DNA of 63,957 nucleotides, the filler included, from Vicugna vicugna (lineage: Eukaryota), in NCBI GenBank assembly GCA_013265495.1. It is 81 parts of 79 records of this genome, joined end to end, with 100 filler letters (N's around TTAATTAATTAA, not from the genome) between each part and the next. Parts side by side here need not be neighbours in the genome. Positions count along the whole stretch, not along the records: positions 37,791 to 38,169 come from PNXW01020978.1; positions 38,270 to 38,802 come from PNXW01020981.1; positions 38,903 to 39,937 come from MU061797.1; positions 40,038 to 41,136 come from MU061798.1; positions 41,237 to 42,007 come from MU061799.1; positions 42,108 to 43,345 come from MU061800.1; positions 43,446 to 44,410 come from MU061801.1; positions 44,511 to 45,459 come from PNXW01020997.1; 73 more parts are not named here. One strand, given 5' to 3'. The position numbers were made by a program, and so were the translations under genes. Position 1 is the stretch's first letter; each line of letters starts with the position of its first letter. The notes under the pieces were generated by a model, which worked only from the letters and a program-made list of their open reading frames with translations, ran no database searches and was not told the origin of the DNA. This document shows, one piece after another, positions 37,791 to 50,551 of the stretch.

Positions 37791-38169
37791 CCTCAACAAA
37801 ACAAAGAGACAACTTACCAGTGGGACAGGGAGAGGATATTTGAAATCATAATCTGATAAAAGGTTAATATCCAAAATATATAAAGAAGACATACGAACCA
37901 ACAACAAAAAATCCAGTTAGAAAATGAGCAGAGGAAATACACAGACATATTTTTTTCCCAGAGAAGACACACAGACGACCAACACGCACACGACAAGATG
38001 CTCATCATCACTAATCATCAGGGAAACGCCAATCAAAACCACAGTGAGATACCACCTCACCTGTTGGAATGACTTACCAAAAAGGCAAGAAATAACAAAT
38101 TTGCGGAGAAAAGGAAAGCTGTTCCACTGTTGGTGGGAACGTAAATTGGTGCGGCCATTACGGAAAACA
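37791..38169 (+). mobile_element. L1 ORF2 3' fragment
   Basis: RCSSSLIIRETPIKTTVRYHLT and HCWWE motifs of the L1 C-terminal cysteine-rich region. Confidence 0.9.
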
Positions 38170-40037
38170 NNNNNNNNNNNNNNNNNNNNNNNNNNNNNNN
38201 NNNNNNNNNNNNNTTAATTAATTAANNNNNNNNNNNNNNNNNNNNNNNNNNNNNNNNNNNNNNNNNNNNGGTCATTCATGAGCATCTCATGTAAGTCCTC
38301 CATTTGCGTTTCTCGCTCTCCCCTCACCACCCCCTCTAAGGGAAGCACTGCTATCATCTTCCCCACCCGCACACAAGGCCACTGAGGCACAGAGACTAAA
38401 CCCGTTCCAGGTCACATTGGCATTAAAGGACGTCTGTATTTCTGCTGTTTTGCTTTTGACAAAGGAACCTGAGATATCAATTCAAGGGAGACTGTTGAAT
38501 AATCAAGTCTGTCAGGTCTTCACCTCAAAGAGCAGATGCTATAAATTCCTGATGTAGGATGAGGCTGCCGCTACAAATTGGCTCAGCTTGAATTTAATAT
38601 CCAAGATGAAGCAGCGGATACACGTAAATATTACGACTGTCAACTCACGGGTCTGGGCCCTTCACTGCCTGAACGGGGGTGAAATCCCCACCCGTGTCTG
38701 GGAGGGAAGCGCGGCTCTTTCCGGTCTCACCCAGGATTCACGGGCTATTCCCCCCCCCACACTGGCCTCAACGATTAAAAGCTGTCAAGATTTTTACACC
38801 ATNNNNNNNNNNNNNNNNNNNNNNNNNNNNNNNNNNNNNNNNNNNNTTAATTAATTAANNNNNNNNNNNNNNNNNNNNNNNNNNNNNNNNNNNNNNNNNN
38901 NNTAAAAAGTGGAGGGGTCCCTGCCAAGGCTTGGCAAGAGTCCTCCCTGGCAGAAAAGCAGGGAAAGGTACTTCAGGCGAAGGAGACTAGGGTTGGAGGC
39001 TGGGTGCGAGGCCTAACAAGGCACGGGTGGAGGGCTCCAGGGTCATCTGTCAGAAGCTGTTCCCCTTCAGCAGCTAAGAGGCATAACTAAAAAGGCAGGT
39101 GGGATGTCATTAATGATCATGGGGAAAACTGGGAGGAGAAAACTGAGGTCAGGAGATCACCACCAAAGGCACTTAATTTTAGAGGAACAAAAAGAATTCA
39201 GAAAACACTTGGAAATTCTATCTCCCGTGAATGAAAACAACACATAAATAAGTTTCACTCCAGCGTTGAATACAGAAAAACAGACTGCCTACTCTCAGAA
39301 ATGGATTGAATTTTCTAATTCATTAGGGCTTATTTAGATAACAGGAAAATGAATAAATCTGAAAAATCTCTCTAGAGTAGCTATTACTCCATCCCGTTTT
39401 GCAGGGTAGGGGGAGGCTGAATTATTTAATTGGTATTTTAATGAGACTATAAAGTTCTAAATGTCCTATCAATTTCTCCAAAAGCGTACAACTTTTCCTT
39501 TCAATGAACTTTATTTTACTTAATTAGAANNNNNNNNNNNNNNNNNNNNNNNNNNNNNNNNNNNNNNNNNNNNNNNNNNNNNNNNNNATGTGCTGCCCCC
39601 AGATTGTTGTTGTTATTATTAATGCTGATAATAGCCCCAATAAGACATATTTACCATTATGACTCATTTTGGAATAACAGGTCATTGGCTTATAGTCCTT
39701 TTGAAAATAAGCAGAATAAACAAACATAACTTCTACAGCAGAGACTGCAGCTGCACCCTTAATGGCACCTGGTCATGAAACACAACAAAAGCAAAGATGA
39801 AACACAAATCAGACACCAGGACACAAAGCATAGCTGACTGAAGATGCCACAAGATGAGCTTTCACTCACCGAGGTAACCAGATGCGTTTCTGTGTATAAT
39901 GTATATTTTTAAAGCAATTATTTTATATATAGAATGTNNNNNNNNNNNNNNNNNNNNNNNNNNNNNNNNNNNNNNNNNNNNTTAATTAATTAANNNNNNN
40001 NNNNNNNNNNNNNNNNNNNNNNNNNNNNNNNNNNNNN

Positions 40038-40296
40038 CACCACATTCTCCTCCACCTCCTCCTCCTCCACCTCCTCCTCCACATACTCCACCTTCACTTC
40101 CACCTCCTCCACCTTCACCTCCACCTCCTCCTCCTCCACCACCACCACCTCCTCCTCCTCCTCCTCGTACGCCTCCTCCTACGCAACCTCCTCCTCCTCC
40201 ACCTCCTCCTCCTATTCCTCCTCCTCCACCTCCTCCTCCTCCTCCACATCCTCCTTCACCTCCTCCTCCTCCTCCACCTTCTTCTCCTCCTCCTCC
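40038..40296 (+). repeat. (CCT/CCA)n pyrimidine-rich low-complexity tract; second tract at 41060-41136
   Basis: Directly visible trinucleotide degeneracy. Confidence 0.93.
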
Positions 40297-41236
40297 NNNN
40301 NNNNNNNNNNNNNNNNNNNNNNNNNNNNNNNNNNNNNNNNNNNNNNNNNNNNNNNNNNNNNNNNNNNNNNNNNNNNNNNNNNNNNNNNNNNNNNNNNNNN
40401 NNNNNNNNNNNNNNNNNNNNNNNNNNNNNNNNNNNNNNNNNNNNNNNNNNNNNNNNNNNNNNNNNNNNNNNNNNNNNNNNNNNNNNNNNNNNNNNNNNNN
40501 NNNNNNNNNNNNNNNNNNNNNNNNNNNNNNNNNNNNNNNNNNNNNNNNNNNNNNNNNNNNNNNNNNNNNNNNNNNNNNNNNNNNNNNNNNNNNNNNNNNN
40601 NNNNNNNNNNNNNNNNNNNNNNNNNNNNNNNNNNNNNNNNNNNNNNNNNNNNNNNNNNNNNNNNNNNNNNNNNNNNNNNNNNNNNNNNNNNNNNNNNNNN
40701 NNNNNNNNNNNNNNNNNNNNNNNNNNNNNNNNNNNNNNNNNNNNNNNNNNNNNNNNNNNNNNNNNNNNNNNNNNNNNNNNNNTGGTCCTAGAAACCAGGA
40801 AAGAACTGAGCGTACTTTGAGATTCCATCGAAAGACTGCTTCTGGCTCTTTTCATTAGAGGCTAAATGCGGCACCACTGGTAAATCTACTTCCAGCTTGA
40901 TTTATCCAGTTAATTATCCATAATTCAACTCTTGAATTCATTGCAGCCTATCTGGAAGACTGGCAGCAATTACTTTCTTTGTAAACAGTTGCGTATGAAG
41001 TAGCTTTAATTATATATTATTTTGGAAATTAGACAGAATCTTGAGGATTATTGAACTAATCCTCCTCCACCTCCTCCTCGTCCTCCACCTGCTCCTCCTC
41101 CACCTCCTCCTCCACAGCCTCCTCCTTCTCCAACTCNNNNNNNNNNNNNNNNNNNNNNNNNNNNNNNNNNNNNNNNNNNNTTAATTAATTAANNNNNNNN
41201 NNNNNNNNNNNNNNNNNNNNNNNNNNNNNNNNNNNN

Positions 41237-42007
41237 AATAAGTTACCTATGCACTTTGAAATATTTAATTGGACTTCGTTGTTTCTTCCTATCACCAGAT
41301 TAAAGAGTCAGACTTTGATCCCAGAAAAAACCTCTTGGATCGAATCCTAAACTAGAGATATGTAATTTGAATAGATTCCATCTTAATGATATTCCGTGTT
41401 CCGTACATGCTTCATGCAAGACGGATTCGTCAAACATGCATTCCTGAGTTGAGGGCATGTGGATTACTGATCTTTCATCCTCTATAAAAGGAATATTTTC
41501 ATCTAGACACGTGTTCTCATTTTCACAAACTTTCCCTAGCACCAGTTTCGAATCTGTGCATTTTTCACAGAAAAATTGTTTTGGAGCGATTTCCACCTAA
41601 TAGATATGTAATTTACATGAATTCATCAACATGGCATTCCGGGCTCTGAGCATGCTACATGCATTACGGATTGGACAAACATGAGTTTCTGAGTTGTGAG
41701 CATGTGGATTAGTGAATTTTCATCCACCAAAAAAGGCATATATACACTTTGAATTACTTAGTCTGACTTCATAGGTTNNNNNNNNNNNNNNNNNNNNNNN
41801 NNNNNNNNNNNNNNNNNNNNNNNNNNNNNNNNNNNNNNNNNNNNNNNNNNNNNNNNNNNNNNNNNNNNNNNNNNNNNNNNNNNNNNNNNNNNNNNNNNNN
41901 NNNNNNNNNNNAACATGTTTCAAATGGATTCCACAAACATGCATTTCTGAGTTGTGAATACACTCATGACTGATGTTTCAACCATTACAAGTTATCTATG
42001 CACTTTG
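41237..42007. repeat. Satellite B
   Basis: GTAATTT at 41362 and 41608 (246 bp); TATGCACTTTG at 41248 and 41997. Confidence 0.92.
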
Positions 42008-42107
42008 NNNNNNNNNNNNNNNNNNNNNNNNNNNNNNNNNNNNNNNNNNNNTTAATTAATTAANNNNNNNNNNNNNNNNNNNNNNNNNNNNNNNNNNNNN
42101 NNNNNNN

Positions 42108-43345
42108 TTCGAGAGACAATTCCACGCAGCTCTCTTCAGTCACTTGTGTTCCATGTTCGGGGAAGTCCAAGAAATACTTTCCCTGACCTTCAGGAGGCAG
42201 CCTCTGACACTGGGATATAATGCAATCCCCCCTAGCATTCCCTGGCACAGAGATATTAGGAAAAAACTCAGGGGAGGCGAGCTTAGGCATTCCGTTAGAA
42301 CCCACGCGCTGCCGACCGTTGGTGGAACCTCCCCACGCTCAGGATTCCGGAAACATTGTCAGTGCGTGGGGGAGCTCNNNNNNNNNNNNNNNNNNNNNNN
42401 NNNNNNNNNNNNNNNNNNNNNNNNNNNNNNNNNNNNNNNNNNNNNNNNNNNNNNNNNNNNNNNNNCTCTGACACTGGGATATCCTGTAATCACCCCTAGC
42501 ATTCCCTGGTACAGAGATATTAGGAAAACACTCAGGGGAGACGAGCTTAGCCATTCCGTTTGAACACACGCGCTGCCGACCTTTGGTGGAACCTCATTAC
42601 TCTCAGGATTCCGGAACAATTTTCAGTGCGTGGGGGAGCTCGAGAGACAACTCCACGCAGCTCTCTTCAGTCACAGGTGTTCCCTGCTCGGGGAAGTCCG
42701 AGAAATAACTTCCCTGATCTTGGGGAGGCAGCCTCTGACACTGNNNNNNNNNNNNNNNNNNNNNNNNNNNNNNNNNNNNNNNNNNNNNNNNNNNNNNNNN
42801 NNNNNNNNNNNNNNNNNNNNNNNNNNNNNNNNNNNNNNNNNNNNNNNNNNNNNNNNNNNNNNNNNNNNNNNNNNNNNNNNNNNNNNNNNNNNNNNNNNNN
42901 NNNNNNNNNNNNCATTGTCAGTGCGTGGGGGAGCTCGATAGACAACTCCACGCAGCTCTCTTCAGTCACAGGTGTTCCCTGTTCGGGGAAGTCCGAGAAA
43001 TAAATTCCCTGATCTTGGGGATGCAGCCTTGGACACTGGGATATCCTGCAATCACCCCTAGCATTACCTGGCACAGGGACATTAGGAAAACCCTCAGGGG
43101 AGATGAGCTAAGGCATTCCGTTAGAACCCACACGCTGCCGACCATTGTTGGAACCTCCCCACGCTCAGGATTCCGGAACCATTGTCAGTGCGTGTGGGAG
43201 CTCGAGAGATAACACCACGCAGCTCTCTTCAGACACAGGAGTTCCCTGTTCGGGGAAGTCCGAGAAAAACTTTCTGTGACGTTGGGGAGGCAGCATTTTA
43301 ACACTGGGATCTCCTGTAATCACCCCTAGCATTCCCTGGCACAGA
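42108..43345. repeat. Satellite A
   Basis: More than four monomers, with gaps. Confidence 0.97.
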
Positions 43346-43445
43346 NNNNNNNNNNNNNNNNNNNNNNNNNNNNNNNNNNNNNNNNNNNNTTAATTAATTA
43401 ANNNNNNNNNNNNNNNNNNNNNNNNNNNNNNNNNNNNNNNNNNNN

Positions 43446-44410
43446 TCTCTCAGAACTGAGCATGTGGAGAGACGTTCGTTCATCTAGCCACAAGGGAACG
43501 CGTTGCAGGGGAAACACTTCCTCTAGTTTCTCAGTCTGTTTCCTAGTGCCGGTTTGAAGTGACTACCGTTTTCACTGTAAACCCGAGTTGGGGCTTGTAC
43601 CTCCCCATATATATGTATGAAGTGGAGTCGGGAACTGAAAAGAAACTTTGTGTTCCCTTCAAGCTAGGTAAAGGACGGCTTTCACACACACTTATCTCTC
43701 AGAACTGAGCATGTGGAGAGACGTTCGTTCATCCAGCACNNNNNNNNNNNNNNNNNNNNNNNNNNNNNNNNNNNNNNNNNNNNNNNNNNNNNNNNNNNNN
43801 NNNNNNNNNNNNNNNNNNNNNNNNNNNNNNNNNNNNNNNNNNNNNNNNNNNNNNNNNNNNNNNNNNNNNNNNNNNNNNNNNNNNNNNNNNNNNNNNTCCC
43901 TTCAACTAGGTGAAGGACGGCTTTCACACACACTTATCTCTCAGAACTGAGCATGTGGAGAGACGTTCGTTCATCCAGCACCAAGGTATCGGGTGGCAGG
44001 AGAAACACTTATTCTGGTTTCCCAGTCAGTTTCCCACTGTCGGTTTGAAGTGCATGCCGTTTTCACTGTAAAACAGATTTGGAGATTGTACCTCCCCATA
44101 TATATGTGTGGAGTGGATTTGGCAACTGAAAAGAAACTTAATTCTCCCTTCAAGTTAGGTGAAGGACGGCTTTCACACACACTTATCTCTCAGAACTGAA
44201 CTTGTGGAGAGACGTTCGTTCATCCAGCACCATGTGATCGGGTGGCAGGAGAAACACTTAATCTGGTTTCTCAGCCTGTTTCCCAGTGCCGGTTTGAAGT
44301 GCCTACCGTTTTCACTGTAAAACCGAGATGGAGCTTGTACCTCCCCATATAAATGTATGGACTGTATTTGGCAACTGAAAAGAAAGTTTGTGTTCCCTTC
44401 AAGCTAGGTG
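43446..44410. repeat. Satellite C (249-bp monomer)
   Basis: CAGAACTGA at 43451 and 43700, and at 43942 and 44191 (249 bp each). Confidence 0.96.
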
Positions 44411-45559
44411 NNNNNNNNNNNNNNNNNNNNNNNNNNNNNNNNNNNNNNNNNNNNTTAATTAATTAANNNNNNNNNNNNNNNNNNNNNNNNNNNNNNNNNN
44501 NNNNNNNNNNTGTCTTCCTCACCTGAACATTCTAATCAGAAAAATTAATTCCTGTTTCAAGTGAAAATGGATTCAGCTCTCCAGAACAACCTTGCTCTTC
44601 AAAGCGCCTGTGGCAGCCCACATACAGGGAAACTGGACATAGCTAAGGAGGGCGGTCTGAGCTAACACAGCCGGAGGAAGGAGGCCTCCAGCAGTGGGGC
44701 AGAACCCACCTTCTGTCTCTAAAACACACACTTACGCCGGGGAAGCCGCTCCCAGCCAGAGCTGTATCCCCAGCCCCGCTTGCAAGCAGGTGTGCCCCGC
44801 CCCGAGCTCCCGTGATGGAATGCCGCTGGGAATGCCACGTGCTCCTGATCCTGGGAGGTGGGGCAGGCCCGGGCCAGGCAGGTGCGCCTGCCCTTCCCGC
44901 TGAATGCCTGGCAGCGGCGAGGGCGGGGCCCCAGGAGGGAACACCGAGTCTCGGAACCCCCAGGGGAAGAGCAGTGCCAGGGCCAGGAGGGCCACCCTGG
45001 CCTTCTCCGGGAGCGAAAACCGCTTCTGCTGTGTTTGTGTCTGTTTGCCACCACAGCCGCCCTAACACGGCTCACTGTTAGGACCCTTAGAAGGTACCAA
45101 CACAACCAGTAGGAAGTTTTCTCCTCAGCTCACCCCTCGGTCCACAGCAAACAGACACTGCTCAGACACGATCAGCGGTGGTGCAGCAGCAGGACAACTC
45201 CCCAGCACACCGTGCTGCAGGCCTGGAGACTCGGGAGGGACATAAACGCATAAACTGTCTTCTTCCGGTTCTGCACACGTCACTAATGAAAAAGACATGT
45301 GCTTGAAATTCAGGTTTTATGATGGAAAGTTGTATTACCATTGGGTCAACAAAACAGATAAAATACTCTCACTGATTTTCCCAATTTTGTTACGAACGTG
45401 TGAATAAAGAAAACTGAAGTCATCTCTCTCAGCAGCCCTATTTGTTGAATCGTCGAGACNNNNNNNNNNNNNNNNNNNNNNNNNNNNNNNNNNNNNNNNN
45501 NNNTTAATTAATTAANNNNNNNNNNNNNNNNNNNNNNNNNNNNNNNNNNNNNNNNNNNN

Positions 45560-46160
45560 TCTGCTTTTGTTCATCTAAAAAAGTATTTTCTTCTCTTTTA
45601 TTTTAGGTTTACAGCTTTGCCAGGTATAGCATTCTTGTTTCATAATTTTTTCCCCCAGTACTTTGAATATACTATTTCAATCTCTCAGGCCTGCAAGCTT
45701 TCTGCTAAGAAATGCATTGATCACCTTAAGAGGACTTCCTCCTACATGGTGGGTGATTTTTCTCTGAGTGATTTCAAAATTCACCCTGTCTTTGACTTTT
45801 GACAATTTGGTTATCATGTCTCAGCATAGACACCTTCTGTTTCATTTATGGGCTACTTTGAACTTCATGCATCTTGGATCTACCTCCTTCCCGAGACCTG
45901 GGAAGTTTAGGGGCACTGCTTTTTTAAGATTCCTGCAACTTTCTCTCTTTTCCCCTTATGGGACTCCCACACTCTGTGTGTTGTTCATTTGACGTGTCTC
46001 ATCTTATTCCTCTTTCTTTTTTTTTTTCTTTTTGCTTCTTTAAATAAAATAAAATGACTTGTGTTGAAGTTCACCAATTCCTTCTTTGCTCTGATCAAAT
46101 CTGATTCTGAAGCTCTCTATTGAATTTTTAGTTGTATTCTCCAGCTCCAAAATGTATTTA
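45560..46160 (-). mobile_element. Old L1 ORF1 fragment
   Basis: Antisense ORF1 text GGCCTGCAAGCTTTCTGCTAAGAAAT...CTTTGACTTTTGACAATTTG and GATCAAATCTGATTCTGAAGCTCTCTATTG. Confidence 0.8.
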
Positions 46161-46341
46161 CTTCCATTCTTTCTCTCACTCTCTTTCTTTTTTTCTTCTT
46201 TTTTCTTTTTTAATGCCTTCTTTCTCTTTCTTGATATTCACNNNNNNNNNNNNNNNNNNNNNNNNNNNNNNNNNNNNNNNNNNNNTTAATTAATTAANNN
46301 NNNNNNNNNNNNNNNNNNNNNNNNNNNNNNNNNNNNNNNNN

Positions 46342-47119
46342 TTTCAGTATTCTATATTCTATATCCTAAATTCTGTGTTCTGCATTTAATATTCTAAATT
46401 CTCTTTTCATTATTCTGTATTCTACATTCGAAATTCTGTGTTCTGCCTTCCATGTTCTCTATTCTTGTTTCTGTATTCTGTTTTCCATATTCTATATTCT
46501 GTGTTCTAAATTCTATATTCCATATTCTATATTCTGCATTCCGTATACATATTCTATATTCTGAGTTCTACATTTTATATTCTAAATCGTATATTCAGTA
46601 TTCTGTATTCTATATTCTAAATACTGTGTTCAGCATTCCATATTCTAAATTCAGTATTCTATACTCTCTATTCTATATTCTATAATGTTTTTTTTCATTT
46701 TATACTCTACATACTATATTTTGCATTCCGTATTTTTTATTCTAAATTCTGTGTTCTAAATTCTAAATTCTAAATTCTACATTCAGTATTCTATTTTCTA
46801 TATTTTAAATTTTGCTTTCTGCATTCCATGTTATATATATTATTTTTAGTATGTTATATTCTATATTCTAAATTCTGTGTTCTGCTTTCTATGTTCTAAA
46901 TTCTATATTCAGTATTCTGTATTCTGTGTTCTGCATTCCGTGTTCTAAATTCTTGATTCTATATTCTATATTTATATCCTGTGTTCTAAATTCTATATTC
47001 TAAAATCTATATTAAGTATTCTGTTTTCTATATTCTAAATTGTGTGTTGTGCATTCCATGTTTTAATTTTTGGTTTCTATATCCTCTATTCTCTATTCTA
47101 TATTGTTTGTTCTTCATTC
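46342..47119 (-). repeat. Satellite E
   Basis: (ATTCTAT)n periodicity. Confidence 0.95.
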
Positions 47120-47219
47120 NNNNNNNNNNNNNNNNNNNNNNNNNNNNNNNNNNNNNNNNNNNNTTAATTAATTAANNNNNNNNNNNNNNNNNNNNNNNNN
47201 NNNNNNNNNNNNNNNNNNN

Positions 47220-47430
47220 AGCCAGGGTTTAAATACCAGCTCTGCCACTTACTAGTTCTGTGATATTGGCCAAATTACTTACCCTCTGTATGCCTCAATT
47301 TCCACATTGTAAACCTGAGACAACAATCAAATCTTCCTTACTTGCTTGTTGAGAAGATTGAAGGATTGATTTCTGTAAAACACTCAGAAAATTATGTAGC
47401 ACACTTTTGGTGCTCAACAAATGTTAAATT
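47220..47430 (+). mobile_element. MIR SINE
   Basis: GGGTTTAAATACCAGCTCTGCCACTTACTAG...TTACTTACCCTCTG..TGCCTCAATTTCC MIR core. Confidence 0.85.
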
Positions 47431-47845
47431 AATATCAAAGTGCTTTACAAGTCTCCCTTCTAATCATTTATGTGTTTCCTGGCTAGTCTAAGTCACAAAG
47501 AAAATCCTTATTTCTACTTTTATAAACTCTTGGGGAGCACCCTTCTCTTCTATCTCACCACCTGTTTAAACCGCGGGAGGGGATGCCTCACGGGAGGGGA
47601 CCTAATCACTCCTCTGGGCCATGGAGGGTGCTCCTCCCTTCACACCCCTGGCCCCTGGCCCACAGATAGCCCTCATCACAGTAACAGAGTGAGGTGTGAA
47701 TCTGGGAAGACAAGCAGGGAATTTGAAATCCTTCCTTTCCCTCCANNNNNNNNNNNNNNNNNNNNNNNNNNNNNNNNNNNNNNNNNNNNTTAATTAATTA
47801 ANNNNNNNNNNNNNNNNNNNNNNNNNNNNNNNNNNNNNNNNNNNN

Positions 47846-48733
47846 CTAGGAAAAAGACTGAGAAACCAGAGTCAGTGTTTCTCCTCCAAACCGTTTCCAT
47901 TGTGCTGGATGAACGATCGTCTCTCCACATGCTCCGTTCTGAGAGATAAGTGTGTGTNNNNNNNNNNNNNNNNNNNNNNNNNNNNNNNNNNNNNNNNNNN
48001 NNNNNNNNNNNNNNNNNNNNNNNNNNNNNNNNNNNNNNNNNNNNNNNNNNNNNNNNNNNNNNNNNNNNNNNNNNNNNNNNNNNNNNNNNNNNNNNNNNNN
48101 NNNNNNNNNNNNNNNNNNNNNNNNNNNNNNNNNNNNNNNNNNNNNNNNNNNNNNNNNNNNNNNNNNNNNNNNNNNNNNNNNNNNNNNNNNNNNNNNNNNN
48201 NNNNNNNNNNNNNNNNNNNNNNNNNNNNNNNNNNNNNNNNNNNNNNNNNNNNNNNNNNNNNNNNNNNNNNNNNNNNNNNNNNNNNNNNNNNNNNNNNNNN
48301 NNNNNNNNNNNNNCTTCAAACCGGCACTAGGAAACAGACTGAGAAACCAGAGAAAGGGTTTCTCCTGCAACCAGCTCCCTTTGTGCTGGATGAACGAACG
48401 TCTCTCCACATGCTAAGTTCTGAGTGATAAGTGTGTGTGAAAGCCGTCCTTCATCTAGCTTGAAGGGAATACAAAGATTCTTTTCAGTTGCCAAGTCCAA
48501 TCCATACATATATATGGGGAGTTAGAAGCCCCAAATCGGTTTTACAGTGAAAAGGGCAGGCACATCTTTCCGGCACTTGGAAACAGACTGATAAACCAGA
48601 GTCAGTGTTTCTCCTGCAACCCGTTCCATTTGTGCTGGATGAACGAACGTCTCTCCACATGCTCAGTTTTGAGGGAGAATTGTGTGTTATAGCCGTCCTT
48701 CACCTAGCTTGAATGGAACACATAGTTTCTTTT
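47846..48733. repeat. Satellite C (opposite orientation)
   Basis: TGTGCTGGATGAACGA repeated; reverse complement of C. Confidence 0.94.
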
Positions 48734-48833
48734 NNNNNNNNNNNNNNNNNNNNNNNNNNNNNNNNNNNNNNNNNNNNTTAATTAATTAANNNNNNNNNNN
48801 NNNNNNNNNNNNNNNNNNNNNNNNNNNNNNNNN

Positions 48834-49664
48834 CTCTCCATATGTGTAGCTTTCAACCGAAATGAAAGGTGGTGTTCCCAACAAGCTAGGTGAAGGACGG
48901 CTTTAACACACACTAACTTCTCAGAACTGAGCATGTGGAGAGACTTTCATTCATCCAGCACAAAGGGAACGGTTTGCATGAGAAACCCTTACTCTGGTTT
49001 CTCAGTCTGTTTCCTAGTGCCGGTTTGAAGTGCCTGCCGTTTTCACTGTAAAACCGAGTTGGAGCTTGTACCTCNNNNNNNNNNAGTGGAGTTGGCAACT
49101 GAAAAGAAACTTTGTGTTCCCTTCAAGCTAGGTGAAGGACGGAATTGACACACACTTATCTCTCAAAACTGAGCATGTGGAGAGACGTTCATTCATCTAG
49201 CACAAAGGGTACGTGTTGCAGGAGAAACACATACTCTGGATTCTCAGTCTTTTTCCTAGTGTTGGTTTGAAGTTCCTGCAGTTATCACTGTAAAACCGAG
49301 TTGGACATTGTACCTCTCCATATATATGTATGTAGCAGATTTTGCAACTGAAAAGACACTTGGTGTTCCCTTCAAGCTAGGTGAAGGACGGCTTTCACAC
49401 ACAATTATATGTAAGAACTGAGCATGTGGACAGACGTTGGTTCATCCAGCACAAAGGAACGTGTTGCAGGAGGAACACATTCTATGGTTTCTCAGTCTGT
49501 TTTTTGGTGCCTTTTTGAAGTTCCTGCAGTATTCACTGTAAAACCGGGTTGGAGCTTGTACCTCTCCATATATAAGTAAGTAGCAGAATTTGCAACTGAA
49601 AAGACACTCTGTGTTCCCATCAAGCTAGTTGAATGACGGCTTTCACACACACTAATGTTTCAGA
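48834..49664. repeat. Satellite C
   Basis: CAAGCTAG(G/T)TGAA repeated four times. Confidence 0.95.
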
Positions 49665-49764
49665 NNNNNNNNNNNNNNNNNNNNNNNNNNNNNNNNNNNN
49701 NNNNNNNNTTAATTAATTAANNNNNNNNNNNNNNNNNNNNNNNNNNNNNNNNNNNNNNNNNNNN

Positions 49765-50551
49765 GTCTCCCCTGAGGGTTTTCCTAATGTCTCTGTGCCA
49801 GGGAATGCTAGGGGGGTTTGCAGGATATCCCAGTGACAGAGGCTGCCTCCCCAAAGTCAGGGAAGTTGTTTCTCGGACTTCCCCGAACGGGGAACACCTG
49901 TGACTGAAGAGAGTTGCGTGGAGTTGTCTCTCGAGCTCCCACACGCACTGACAATGGTTCCGGAATCCTGAGCGTGGGGAGGTTCCACCAACGGTCGGCA
50001 GCGCGTGGGNNNNNNNNNNNNNNNNNNNNNNNNNNNNNNNNNNNNNNNNNNNNNNNNNNNNNNNNNNNNNNNNNNNNNNNNNNNNNNNNNNNNNNNNNNN
50101 NNNNNNNNNNNNNNNNNNNNNNNNNNNNNNNNNNNNNNNNNNNNNNNNNNNNNNNNNNNNNNNNNNNNNNNNNNNNNNNNNNNNNNNNNNNNNNNNNNNN
50201 NNNNNNNNNNNNNNNNNNNNNNNNNNNNNNNNNNNNNNNNNNNNNNNNNNNNNNNNNNNNNNNNNNNNNNNNNNNNNNNNNNNNNNNNNNNNNNNNNNNN
50301 NNNNNNNNNNNNNNNNNNNNNNNNNNNNNNNNNNNNNNGTCAGAGGCTGCCTCCCCAAGGTCAGGGAAGGTATTTCTCGGACATCCCCGAACAGGGAACA
50401 CTTGTGACTGAAGAGAGCTGCGTGGAGTTGTCTCTCGAGCTCCCCCACGCACTGACAATAGTTCTGGAATCCTGAAAGTTGAGAGGTTCCACCAACGGTC
50501 GGCAGTGTGTGGGTTCTACCGGAATGCCTAAGCTCGTCTCCCCTGAGGGTT
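49765..50551. repeat. Satellite A
   Basis: Family motifs; internal gap. Confidence 0.95.

Noticed and set aside
40038..41136. Possible Glu/Gly/Pro-rich coding repeat from (CCT)n tracts
   Set aside because: Simple low-complexity sequence with no splice or ORF support in the intervening unique part.
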